Below, one piece after another: positions 10,458 to 19,222 of a stretch of DNA of 52,713 nt. The stretch's first letter is position 1. Each line of letters opens with the position of its first letter. A program made the translations under genes and the position numbers. Under the pieces are notes generated by a model that searched no databases, was not told the origin of the DNA, and saw only the letters and a list, made by a program, of their open reading frames with translations. Source of the DNA: Rhodospirillales bacterium (GTDB lineage: Bacteria > Pseudomonadota > Alphaproteobacteria > Rhodospirillales > CAMCUA01); the NCBI GenBank assembly GCA_947470575.1, contig CANITX010000002.1, positions 1 through 52,713 of the forward strand, read 5' to 3'.

Positions 10458-12961
10458 GGCATGCTCCCTTGGCGCCGGAAGCGCTCTATACCGCCTGCGA
10501 CCTTAGCCGGCTGCCCTTTGTCACGACGGCCGAATTGACGCCCGTCGATTACGTCGTCGGCCAGGATCGGGCGGTGGCTGCCATCCGCTTTGCCATCGGC
10601 ATGCGTCACGACGGCTATAACCTGTTTGCCCTCGGCACGGAAGGTACCGGCAAGTATACGGTGGTGCGGCGGTTCCTCGACAAGGCCGCTGCCGATGAGT
10701 CGGTGCCCACCGATTGGTGCTACGTCAACAATTTCGCCGAGCCGCACCGGCCGCTCGCCATCAGCCTGCCGCCCGGTCAGGCCTGTACCTTGCGCTCCGA
10801 CATGGAACGGTTGGTCGAAGATTTGCGCGCGGCCATCCCCGCCGCTTTCGAGGGCGAGGAATACCGTAATCGCAAAAACGTCATCGAAGAAAGCTTCAAG
10901 GAGCGTAACGAACAGGCCTTCGGAACCCTGCAGAAGCAAGCCCACGAGCAGAACATCGCCTTGATCCAATCGCCGATGGGTTTGGCTTTGGCCCCCGTCC
11001 GCGACGGCCAGGTGATGAAGCCGCAGGACTTTCAGGCTTTGCCCGAGGACGAACGCAAGACCTTCGAGACGAATCTCGAGGCCCTGCAGGAGAAGCTGGC
11101 CGAAACCCTGTCGCAGATTCCCGGTTGGGAAAAGGAAATGCGCGAGAAGCTGCGGGAGTTGGATCGCGAGGTCACGCTGCACGCCGTCGGCTTTCTGCTC
11201 GACGAGATGAAGCGTAAATGGGGGCATCACGCTTCGGTTGCCGCCTATCTCGAGGCGGTGCGTACCGACGTCGTCGAGAACGCCGAGGAATTCCTGCCGC
11301 AGGAACAGCAAGTGCCGCCGGCGATGGCGGCGGAATTGACGGCCGCGGCGCGACGCGGCCAACGTGCGCCGTCTTACTTCCGCCGCTATCAGGTCAATGT
11401 CGTTGTCGATAACACCCGGCTGCCGGCGGGCACCGAGGAAAGCGAACAGATCTGCGGCCTGACGGCGCTGTCCGGTGCGCCGGTCGTCTACGAAGACCAC
11501 CCGACCTTGCCCAATCTGATCGGCCGGGTCGAACACTTGGCGCAGTTCGGCTCGTTGGTCACGGATTTCAACCTGATCAAGGCCGGCGCCCTGCACCGGG
11601 CCAATGGCGGCTATCTGATCCTCGACGCCCGGCGCGTATTGATGCAGCCGATGGTTTGGGAAAGTCTCAAGCGCACGCTTAGGGCCGGGCGCATCCGAAT
11701 CGAGTCGGCCGGCGAGGAGATGGGTTTTGCGCCGACCGTTAGCCTGCAGCCGGAACCGATACCGCTCAGCGTCAAGGTGGTGATGCTGGGCGACGCAGAA
11801 ATCTATTATCTGCTGTCGCGGATGGATCCGGATTTCCATGAGCTGTTCAAGGTTGCCGCCGATTTCGACGACCGCATGGATCGGACCGAAGACAACATCC
11901 TGCACTATGCCCGCCTGGTGGCCACCATCGCGGCCAACGAAGGCTTATTGCCGCTCGACCGCGCCGCCGTCGCCCGCATGGAGGAGCGCGCTGCGCGTAC
12001 GGTCGAAGATACTCTGAAGTTGTCGACTCATATCGGCGACGTCCAGGACCTGCTGCGCGAAGCCGACTACTGGGCCCGGCAGGAAGGCGTGTCGACCATC
12101 GCTGCCGCGCATATCGAGAAGGCCATCGATTCCCGCGACCATCGCTCGGACCGCATCCGCGAGCGTATCCAGGAGCGGATCGCACGCGACATCGTCCATA
12201 TCCAAACGACAGGCGCGGTGGCGGGCCAGATCAACGGGCTGGCCGTGCTGCAACTTGACTCTTTCTCCTTCGGCCGGCCCTCGCGCATCACCTGCCGGGC
12301 ACGCATTGGCAGGGGCGAGGTGGTCGACATCGAGCGCATGGTCGACTTGGGTGGGCCGCTTCATGCCAAAGGCGTGTTGATCCTGTCGTCCTACCTGTCC
12401 AGCCAGTTCGCTCAAGATGCGCCGCTATCGTTGTCGGCCAGCCTGGTGTTCGAGCAGTCCTATGGCGGCATCGATGGCGACAGCGCGTCGTCGACCGAAC
12501 TCTACGTGCTGCTCTCGGCGCTTTCCGGCATTCCGATCCGCCAATCGCTGGCGGTCACCGGCTCGGTCGACCAGTTTGGCCGGGTGCAGGCTATCGGCGG
12601 GGTCAACGAGAAGATCGAGGGCTACTTCGACGTTTGCCGTGCGCGCGGACTAACCGGTGAGCAGGGAGTGCTGATCCCGGCTTCCAACGTCAAGCACCTG
12701 ATGTTGCGCGCCGATGTCGTCGCGGCGGCGCGCGATGGGCGGTTCCATATCTATCCCGTCGCCACCATCGAGGAAGGCATCGAACTGTTGACCGGCATTC
12801 CGGCCGGCGAACGTGCCGCCGACGGCAGCTACCCTATCGGTTCTGTCTTTCGCGCCGTAGCCACCCAGCTTGCCACCTTCGCGCACAAGGCCCACAAGTT
12901 CGAAGAACCTAACGGCGCCAAGCCGCGTCATCGGCCTAAACGCGGCGAGGACGAATTATGA
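10454..12961 (+). CDS. LonC-like protease: AAA-like module with long helical insertion plus Lon proteolytic (Ser-Lys) domain
   Basis: Track ORF 10064..12961 trimmed to ATG 10454 (MRHAPLAPEALYTACDLSRLPF..). It has a P-loop-like GTEGTGKYT and, roughly 300 residues later, GGYLILDARR, which is Walker-B-like but lacks the Glu. The Lon catalytic motifs are GGIDGDSASSTELYVLLSALSG and GGVNEKIEGYFDVC. The 525-aa minus ORF 10328..11905 is an antisense shadow. Confidence 0.85.
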   Translation: MRHAPLAPEALYTACDLSRLPFVTTAELTPVDYVVGQDRAVAAIRFAIGMRHDGYNLFALGTEGTGKYTVVRRFLDKAAADESVPTDWCYVNNFAEPHRPLAISLPPGQACTLRSDMERLVEDLRAAIPAAFEGEEYRNRKNVIEESFKERNEQAFGTLQKQAHEQNIALIQSPMGLALAPVRDGQVMKPQDFQALPEDERKTFETNLEALQEKLAETLSQIPGWEKEMREKLRELDREVTLHAVGFLLDEMKRKWGHHASVAAYLEAVRTDVVENAEEFLPQEQQVPPAMAAELTAAARRGQRAPSYFRRYQVNVVVDNTRLPAGTEESEQICGLTALSGAPVVYEDHPTLPNLIGRVEHLAQFGSLVTDFNLIKAGALHRANGGYLILDARRVLMQPMVWESLKRTLRAGRIRIESAGEEMGFAPTVSLQPEPIPLSVKVVMLGDAEIYYLLSRMDPDFHELFKVAADFDDRMDRTEDNILHYARLVATIAANEGLLPLDRAAVARMEERAARTVEDTLKLSTHIGDVQDLLREADYWARQEGVSTIAAAHIEKAIDSRDHRSDRIRERIQERIARDIVHIQTTGAVAGQINGLAVLQLDSFSFGRPSRITCRARIGRGEVVDIERMVDLGGPLHAKGVLILSSYLSSQFAQDAPLSLSASLVFEQSYGGIDGDSASSTELYVLLSALSGIPIRQSLAVTGSVDQFGRVQAIGGVNEKIEGYFDVCRARGLTGEQGVLIPASNVKHLMLRADVVAAARDGRFHIYPVATIEEGIELLTGIPAGERAADGSYPIGSVFRAVATQLATFAHKAHKFEEPNGAKPRHRPKRGEDEL

Positions 12962-13857
12962 GCGCGGCGCGACACACCGGTAAGACATCGACGCCGAAGG
13001 ACGGCGTTCCGGGACAGTTTCGCCGCATCCTGTTGGCGCTCGATGCCACTGCCGACGACCCGGCCGGACTCGATGCCTTGGCCAGCCTGGCTGCCCGCCT
13101 GCAGGCGGAAGTTCATGGCCTGACGGTGGAAGACGCGGAGGAACTCGATCTGGCAGACCATCCGGGCGTGCGTTTCGTCAGCCGCGTTTCCACGACCGTG
13201 GTCCGCATGGAGCGCGGCGTCGTCGAACGCAGCCAGCGCCATCGCGCCGAGACCAGCCGGCGCACGCTGGCCGGCGTCATGGCGGCGCATCGGGTGAAGG
13301 CGTCCTTCGAGGTCCGGCGCGGGCCGGTCGCCGACGAGGTCATCGCCCAGGCCGAGGATGCGGACCTGATTGTGCTGGGCTGGGGCAGCGGCGGCTTTGC
13401 CGTGCGGGTGCCGGGCCGACCCGGCCGTATTGCTTGTGCGGTGGCCGAACGGTCGCAGCGGCCGGTGTTGCTGCTGCATCCTGGCAGCCCGGCCGGCGGG
13501 CCGATGCTGCTCGCCTACGACGGTACGCCAGCCGGCGAGAAGGCGCTGGACGCCGCCATCGAAATCGCCCGTTCGCGCGATGGCCATGCCGGGAGCCCGG
13601 TTGCCGTCGCCTTGCTCACCGCGCGGCTGAGCGATGCCGAGGCCTGGCGCACGGACGTTGCTGCGCGGCTAGCGACGCATGGAATTACCTCTCGCTTTCT
13701 GCACTTTCCGGGTGCGGCCGCCGCCGACCTGATCGCTGCCGCCCGGCAATCCGGGGCTGCCCTGATGGTGTTCGGTGTCGAAGGGCCGAGCTGTTGCGGC
13801 GGCGAGGTTCGCGCTGTCCTCGATCGCGCCGGCTGTTCGGTGCTGCTGGTGCGTTAG
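12958..13857 (+). CDS. Tandem universal stress protein (UspA-family) domain protein
   Basis: 299-aa ORF whose start overlaps the Lon-like stop (ATGA at 12958-12961). It has two USP-like halves: ..RILLALDAT..ADLIVLGWGSGGF.. and ..MLLAYDGTPAGEKALDAAIEIA..ALMVFGVEG....GEVRAVLDRAGCSVLLVR. Confidence 0.75.
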   Translation: MSAARHTGKTSTPKDGVPGQFRRILLALDATADDPAGLDALASLAARLQAEVHGLTVEDAEELDLADHPGVRFVSRVSTTVVRMERGVVERSQRHRAETSRRTLAGVMAAHRVKASFEVRRGPVADEVIAQAEDADLIVLGWGSGGFAVRVPGRPGRIACAVAERSQRPVLLLHPGSPAGGPMLLAYDGTPAGEKALDAAIEIARSRDGHAGSPVAVALLTARLSDAEAWRTDVAARLATHGITSRFLHFPGAAAADLIAAARQSGAALMVFGVEGPSCCGGEVRAVLDRAGCSVLLVR

Positions 13858-14459
13858 GCGATCAGCGGCGCGGTCTTGCCGAATTCGCCGGCGAAAACCA
13901 TGCCGGCCAGCGGCTTGCGTTGCCGGGGCGCCGCTTCCTGCTTTTGCCGGTCTTCGGGCAACGTCGAGGAGTCGGCCTGATAGCCGATGGCGATACCGGT
14001 GACCGGATCGTAGCCTTCGGGCACTTTGTAGAAGGTGCGGATCTTGTTGCCGTCGATGCCGGCCATCTGGTGCACCATCAGGCCGCTGGCCATGGCCTGA
14101 AAAGTAAGCTGGGCTGAAGCCAGTCCCATATCGTGCAAAGCGTGGCGATAGGGCTCGCCGTTGCCGCGGGTGAGGCGGGCCACGGTGAAGACCAGCAGCC
14201 CGGCGTTCTTCGCCCAGCCCTGGTTGCCCGCTGCCAGGCAATCCACGGCGCGCTCGAAGGCGGCAGTGTCTTCGCGGGGCGCGACAATATAGTGCCAGGG
14301 CTGCTCGTTGCTGGCCGAAGCCGCCCAACGCGCTGCCTCGAACATCGCAAGCACTGCCTGCTGCGGCACCGGCTTGGGCGTAAAGGCTCGCGGGCTCCAC
14401 CGCTCGCGAATCAATTCGTGGACGGGGGCGGCGGTTTCGGCGGGCTTTCTGAGCGTCAT
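13854..14459 (-). CDS. Nitroreductase family protein
   Basis: 201-aa ORF. ..ELIRERWSPRAF..KPVP...V..MFEAARWAASASNEQPWHYIV.. is the classic nitroreductase N-terminal signature. Its stop overlaps the convergent USP stop by 4 nt. Confidence 0.85.
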   Translation of the reverse strand: MTLRKPAETAAPVHELIRERWSPRAFTPKPVPQQAVLAMFEAARWAASASNEQPWHYIVAPREDTAAFERAVDCLAAGNQGWAKNAGLLVFTVARLTRGNGEPYRHALHDMGLASAQLTFQAMASGLMVHQMAGIDGNKIRTFYKVPEGYDPVTGIAIGYQADSSTLPEDRQKQEAAPRQRKPLAGMVFAGEFGKTAPLIA

Positions 14460-14507
14460 GACAGGCCCTCGATGTGGGGTTGGTAGGATGGCCCGTTGCT
14501 TTGGAGG

Positions 14508-15512
14508 CTACGGGCGAAAACGGTCGGTGGCCGAAACCAGTTCGTGGACGATGCCGGGTTCGCTCTGTGCATGACCGGCATCGGGGACCAGCCGGAGGTC
14601 GGCTTCCGGCCAGGCGCGGTAGAGGTCCCAGGCCGACATCGCCGGGGTGACCACGTCGTAGCGACCCTGGACGATGACGCCGGGGATGTGGCGGATGCGC
14701 CCGACGTCGCGCAGCAGTTGATCGTCGGTCTCGAAGAAGCCGCCGTTCATGAAGTAGTGGCATTCGATGCGGGCGAAGGCGATGGCGTAATCGTCGCCGC
14801 CCATCTCTTCGACTCGTCCGGCATCGGGCAACAACGACAGGGTGGCCGCCTCGTATGTGCTCCAGGCCTTCGCCGCCGTCAGGCGCGCGGCCTTATCCGA
14901 TCCGGTCAGGCGTTGGTGATAGGCGGCGATCATGTCGCTGCGCTCGGCCGGCGGAATCGGCGCGACGAACTTCTCCCACAGATCGGGATAGAGTGCGCCG
15001 GTGCCTTGCGATCCATCGCCCTGGGGGCCGCCCTGATAGAACCACTCCAACTCCTTGCGCCGAAGCATGAAGATGCCGCGCAGGATGATTTCGCTACAGC
15101 GGTCGGGATGGGTTTCGGCATAGGCCAGGGCCAGCGTCGATCCCCAGGAGCCGCCCAATACCAACCAGCGTTCGATGCCCAGGTGTTGGCGGATCGTCTC
15201 CATGTCGGCGACCAGATGCCAGGTGGTGTTGTCGGTCAGCGAGGCGTGCGGGGTGCTTTTGCCGCAGCCGCGCTGGTCGAACAGCACGATGCGATAGGCC
15301 TGGGGATCGAACAGCCGGCGCATGTCGGGCTTGGTGCCGCCGCCCGGTCCGCCGTGCAGGAAGATCGCCGGTTTGCCGTTGAGGTTACCGGATTCCTCGA
15401 AATAAATCTCGTGCAGGTCGGACACCTTCAACCGCCCCTCGTTATAGGTGGCGACCGGGGGGTAGAGGGTGCGGCGCGTGCTGTCGTCCATGGCGTAGGA
15501 GCTTCGATCCAT
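14508..15512 (-). CDS. pip: Prolyl aminopeptidase (proline iminopeptidase), alpha/beta hydrolase
   Basis: Track ORF 14508..16472 trimmed to ATG 15512 (MDRSSYAMDDSTRRTLYPPVATYNEGRLKVSDLHEIYFEESGN..GKPAIFLHGGPGGG). The nucleophile motif is GGSWGSTLALAYA. ATG 15491 is an alternative start. Confidence 0.88.
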   Translation of the reverse strand: MDRSSYAMDDSTRRTLYPPVATYNEGRLKVSDLHEIYFEESGNLNGKPAIFLHGGPGGGTKPDMRRLFDPQAYRIVLFDQRGCGKSTPHASLTDNTTWHLVADMETIRQHLGIERWLVLGGSWGSTLALAYAETHPDRCSEIILRGIFMLRRKELEWFYQGGPQGDGSQGTGALYPDLWEKFVAPIPPAERSDMIAAYHQRLTGSDKAARLTAAKAWSTYEAATLSLLPDAGRVEEMGGDDYAIAFARIECHYFMNGGFFETDDQLLRDVGRIRHIPGVIVQGRYDVVTPAMSAWDLYRAWPEADLRLVPDAGHAQSEPGIVHELVSATDRFRP

Positions 15513-15593
15513 GAGGGGGATGGCGATGATAGGGAGGCGGCTCCCGACCGGAAAGCGAATCATGGTTGGGCGGCAGCCGATTCGGCGATCTTT

Positions 15594-15606
15594 ATCGATA
15601 ATCGAT
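15594..15606. promoter_or_regulatory. Candidate operator: ATCGAT-A-ATCGAT dyad in the pip / SBP1 divergent intergenic region
   Basis: ATCGATAATCGAT is palindromic about its central base. It sits in an AT-rich stretch, 81 nt upstream of the pip start and 95 nt upstream of the SBP1 start. No binding protein can be assigned. Confidence 0.25.
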
Positions 15607-15701
15607 TTTCCTAGGGCACGGACAACCCACTCGCTAATATCCTTTCCGAAGCTGTCCGAAAAATAATGGGCGGCCACAACGAATTCATCAGGAGGAACGA
15701 C

Positions 15702-17258
15702 ATGCCTTTGATAAACAAAGCGCTTTTGGCGTTGGTGACACTGTCGGCCGTCGCCGCCGTCGGGATGATCCCCGCCCAAGCTCAAACCAACCGCAACGTC
15801 ACCATCGTGCTGCCGGACGAGCCGATGGGGCTCGATCCGTGCAACTCCGACACATCGACGCTGGGCCGCATCAACCGGCAGAACGTCACGGAAACACTGA
15901 CCGAGATCGATCCCAAGGACGGCTCGATCAAACCGCGTCTCGCAACATCCTGGGAAAAAATCAACGATACCACGTGGCGCTTCAAGCTGCGCCAGGGCGT
16001 GACCTTTCACGACGGTGCGCCGTTCAATGCCGAGACGGCCGTCACCTCGATCATGCGCACGCTGGCGACCGACTCGGTGGTCAAGGGCGACGTCAAAACC
16101 GGCCTCGATTGCTCGACGCGGACGATTTTCTTCAAGGCCCTGAAGCTCACGCCGAAGGCCGTCGATGCGACGACGCTCGAAATCGTCGCCGACCAGCCGG
16201 TGCCGATCCTGCCGACCCAGATGGGCATCGTCATGCTGGCCTCGCCCAAGTCGCCGATGGACAAGCTGACGCAGGCCCCGGTCGGCACCGGACCCTACGT
16301 CTTCGATCATTGGACGGCGGGCCAGGAAGTCGTGCTCAAGCGCAACGACAAATACTGGGGTGAAAAGCCGCAGGTGGAAGGCGCCAGGTACGTCTGGCGC
16401 AACGAATCCTCGGTGCGGGCCGCCATGGTGAAGATCGGCGAGGCCGACATCGCGCCGGTCATCTCGCCCCAAGACGCCAACGACCCGGCCCTGGATTACA
16501 GCTACCTCAATTCGGAAACCACCTGGCTGCGCATCGACGCGACGCGGCCGCCGCTCGACGACATCCGCGTTCGCCTTGCCATGAACTACGCTGTCGACCG
16601 CAATGCGCTGCGCGGCAGCTTGTTCTCAAAGGATGTCGTTCCGGCGACCCAGATCGTGGTGCCCAGCATCGCCGGGCATAACCACGAGCTCGACAAACGG
16701 GTCTACGCATACGATCCGGCCAAGGCTAAGCAGCTGATCGCCGAAGCCAAGGCAGCCGGTACCCCGGTGGACAAGGAGATCGCGCTGGTCGGTCGCATCA
16801 ACTTCTATCCCAATACCCAGGAAGTGATGGAAGCCATCAACGGCATGTTCCATGCGGTCGGCTTCAACACCAAGTTGAGCATGCTGGAGGTTGCCATCTG
16901 GACCAGCATGATCCGTAAGCCCTTCGACGAAAAGCGCGGGCCGGCCATTCAGAATACGGTGCACGACAACAACAACGGCGATCCGGTGTTCTCGGTCTAT
17001 GCGAAGTTCGGCTGCGAGGGCATCAATTCGACGATGTGCAACCCGGAACTGGACAAGGTCATCACTCAGGCTTCGGTGTCGTCGGGTGCGGAGCGCGTCA
17101 AGGCTTGGGAAAAGGCCTTCCAAATGATCTTCGAGGCGGTGCCCGACGTGATGCTGTTCCATCAGGTCGGCTATTCCCGTGTCGGGTCGCGTCTCGATTT
17201 CAAGCCGACCATCGCCATGAACAGCGAAATCCAGCTTGCGCAGATCAAGTTCAAGTAG
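15702..17258 (+). CDS. ABC-type solute-binding protein, family 5 (peptide/nickel/opine type), paralog 1
   Basis: Track ORF 15666..17258 trimmed to ATG 15702; AGGAGG lies 6 nt upstream. Signal peptide MPLINKALLALVTLSAVAAVGMIPAQAQ. Family-5 pattern ..RLATSWEKI.DTTWRFKLRQGVTFHDG.PFNAE.. plus KRNDKYWGEKP and WRNESSVRAAMVKIGEAD. Confidence 0.88.
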   Translation: MPLINKALLALVTLSAVAAVGMIPAQAQTNRNVTIVLPDEPMGLDPCNSDTSTLGRINRQNVTETLTEIDPKDGSIKPRLATSWEKINDTTWRFKLRQGVTFHDGAPFNAETAVTSIMRTLATDSVVKGDVKTGLDCSTRTIFFKALKLTPKAVDATTLEIVADQPVPILPTQMGIVMLASPKSPMDKLTQAPVGTGPYVFDHWTAGQEVVLKRNDKYWGEKPQVEGARYVWRNESSVRAAMVKIGEADIAPVISPQDANDPALDYSYLNSETTWLRIDATRPPLDDIRVRLAMNYAVDRNALRGSLFSKDVVPATQIVVPSIAGHNHELDKRVYAYDPAKAKQLIAEAKAAGTPVDKEIALVGRINFYPNTQEVMEAINGMFHAVGFNTKLSMLEVAIWTSMIRKPFDEKRGPAIQNTVHDNNNGDPVFSVYAKFGCEGINSTMCNPELDKVITQASVSSGAERVKAWEKAFQMIFEAVPDVMLFHQVGYSRVGSRLDFKPTIAMNSEIQLAQIKFK

Positions 17259-17372
17259 GCCCGGCGCTTTGGAGGCGGTCGGCGGCCGTCTCCAAAGCTG
17301 ACGCCCTGCCAATTTTTGGCTAGGATGGCCGCGAAGGGTCGCCGTTCCGGCCCCCGTTTGGGAGAAAACAAC

Positions 17373-18146
17373 ATGGTTGCCAGGATGTACGAGTTACCCG
17401 CCCGGTCGATGCGCGACCGAGTGAGCCCGGAAGAGTGGGAGGCCCGCGTCGAATTGGCCTGCGCCTATCGCGTGGCGTGGCATTTCGGCTGGTACAGCCA
17501 GATTTTCAACCACATTTCTTACAAGATACCAGGCAGCAACGAAGAATTCCTGCTTAACCCCCTGGGCTTTCTGTATCGCGAAATCACCGCGTCGTCGCTG
17601 GTCAGGATCGACCTGGAGGGCAATACGCTGGACGGCAGCCCGCATGGAGTCATCCAGGCCGGCTGGGTGATCCACAGTGCCATTCACAAGGCGCGCCCCG
17701 ACATCAAGTGCATCATCCATACGCATTCCAAGGACGGCATCGCGGTGAGCGCCCAGAAGTGGGGTCTGCTGCCGGTCAACATGGCGGCGATCATGTTCCA
17801 CAACCGGATTTCCTATCACGACTACGAAGGCCCCTCGATCGAGACCGACGAGCGCGAGCGGCTGGCTGCCAACCTTGGCAAGAACAACGCTCTGGTGTTG
17901 CGCAACCACGGCCTGATCAGCTGCGGCCCCGATATCGGCGATACCATGTGGCTGCACCATCAGCTCGAATCCGCCTGCACGGCCCAAGTTGCAGCGCTGT
18001 CCGGAGGACGTGAGAACCTCCACCTGCCCTCTCCGGAAATGCTGGAGCAGGCCTCGCGGCGCAGCAACCGGCCGCGTACCCACGAAATCAACTGGGCTGC
18101 CCATCGCCGGATGGCCGACGAGCTCTATCCCGGCTACGATCAGTAA
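17373..18146 (+). CDS. Class II aldolase/adducin family protein
   Basis: Track ORF 17316..18146, with ATG 17373 preferred (GGGAGA SD 8 nt upstream). ..RVELACAYRVAWHFGW...IFNHISYKIP..FLLNP.G..Y.EITASSLV..D..G.. and IIHTHS fit the aldolase_II fold. Confidence 0.8.
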   Translation: MVARMYELPARSMRDRVSPEEWEARVELACAYRVAWHFGWYSQIFNHISYKIPGSNEEFLLNPLGFLYREITASSLVRIDLEGNTLDGSPHGVIQAGWVIHSAIHKARPDIKCIIHTHSKDGIAVSAQKWGLLPVNMAAIMFHNRISYHDYEGPSIETDERERLAANLGKNNALVLRNHGLISCGPDIGDTMWLHHQLESACTAQVAALSGGRENLHLPSPEMLEQASRRSNRPRTHEINWAAHRRMADELYPGYDQ

Positions 18147-18170
18147 TCGTCGATCGTAGCGCGATAAAAG

Positions 18171-18208
18171 AAGCCGCCGTACCTGGAAGGGTGCGGCGGC
18201 TTTTCTTT
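18171..18208. terminator. Bidirectional rho-independent terminator between the aldolase and D-2-hydroxyacid dehydrogenase genes
   Basis: 9-bp stem AAGCCGCCG / CGGCGGCTT (18171-18179 and 18194-18202). TTTTCTTT follows on the + strand and CTTTTAT follows on the - strand. Confidence 0.6.
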
Positions 18209-19170
18209 CAGTAGCCGGCGGCGATATCGACGATGTTGCGCAACGTCTTGCCGTTACGCCAGCGGCCGATGTTATCGACGAAGATGTCGACGCCGCGTTG
18301 CGCGGTTTCCAGCGACGTCGGCCCATTGTGCGGTGTGATGATTGTATTGGGGGCCGTCCATAGCGGGCTGGAAGACGGCAGCGGCTCGATGGCGAAATCG
18401 TCGAGTCCGGCACCGGCGATGCGGCCGTCCTTGAGGGCGGTAAGCAGCGCGTCCTCGTCGATGATGTTGCCGCGCGAGACCAGAACGATCATCGCCTTCG
18501 GTTTCATCGCCTTGATTGCCGCCGCATCGATCATGTTGTCGGTTTCCGGCGTGTGCGGCGCGGTGACGACGACGAAGTCGGATTGGCCAAGCAACTTGTA
18601 AAGCTCGCTCCGGTCGAACATCTCGTCGATGTGGGCGACCGGTTCCTTATTGCGCTTAAGGCCGAGGGTACGCATGCCGAACGCCTTGGCGCGCAGCGCG
18701 GTTTCCTTGCCGATATAGCCAAGGCCGATGATGCCGCAGGTCTTGCCGTGCAGCTCTCCGACGATGTGCTTTTCCCATTTGCTCTGGCGCTGTGCCTCGA
18801 GCCACTTGAGCATGTTTCGTTGCAGCATCAGCATCAGCATCATGACGTGTTCGGCCAAGGCGATGGCGCCGTTGCTCTTGGCACAGGTCAGCAGCACGCC
18901 GCTGCTGGCCAGTTCCGGCGAGGCCAGTTCGTCGACCCCGGCGCTCCAGCTGTGGACCCATTTCGGCACCGGCCGGCGCTTGAGGAAGTCCAGATCGTTG
19001 CCATGGCGGCAAGCAACGATGTCGGCCCCTTCGGCGGCGGCGCTCAGTTCGCCGGCTTCGACGAAGCGGCAGGTCAGCGTGCCGGCGGCCTTGCGGATTT
19101 GGTCCTTCTGCGCCTCGGTCAGTTTTTGGGCCGGTGGCGCGACGACGATGTTCGCGGACTTGGTTTCCAT
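18208..19170 (-). CDS. D-isomer-specific 2-hydroxyacid dehydrogenase (NAD-binding) family protein
   Basis: 320-aa ORF with the Rossmann motif GIIGLGYIGKE. It also has ..VVTAPHTPETDNMI.. and ..ITPHNGPTS.. (catalytic His region). It lies 52 nt downstream of enolase paralog 1 on the same strand. Confidence 0.85.
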   Translation of the reverse strand: METKSANIVVAPPAQKLTEAQKDQIRKAAGTLTCRFVEAGELSAAAEGADIVACRHGNDLDFLKRRPVPKWVHSWSAGVDELASPELASSGVLLTCAKSNGAIALAEHVMMLMLMLQRNMLKWLEAQRQSKWEKHIVGELHGKTCGIIGLGYIGKETALRAKAFGMRTLGLKRNKEPVAHIDEMFDRSELYKLLGQSDFVVVTAPHTPETDNMIDAAAIKAMKPKAMIVLVSRGNIIDEDALLTALKDGRIAGAGLDDFAIEPLPSSSPLWTAPNTIITPHNGPTSLETAQRGVDIFVDNIGRWRNGKTLRNIVDIAAGY

Positions 19171-19222
19171 GATCGTTTCCCCGTTTTGGAACTCGCCCGG
19201 GGATTGGCTCCCGAGGCTACGA

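Noticed and set aside
10454-12961. Lon-like protease considered as BrxL of a BREX defence system.
   Set aside because: No PglZ, PglX methyltransferase, BrxC, BrxA or BrxB homologues are nearby. The domain layout (long helical insertion, degenerate Walker motifs) fits LonC-type proteases instead.
14508-16472. Long N-terminal extensions in the ORF track. Examples: 14508..16472, 3957..5639, 10064..12961, 5983..6867, 47027..48466, 48376..50997, 20477..22144, 26382..28064, 36455..37552, 44291..45262.
   Set aside because: The extensions overlap neighbouring genes or intergenic DNA and have shadow-like composition. They would also bury signal peptides or family N-termini. Internal starts with an SD, or with ATGA coupling, fit better.
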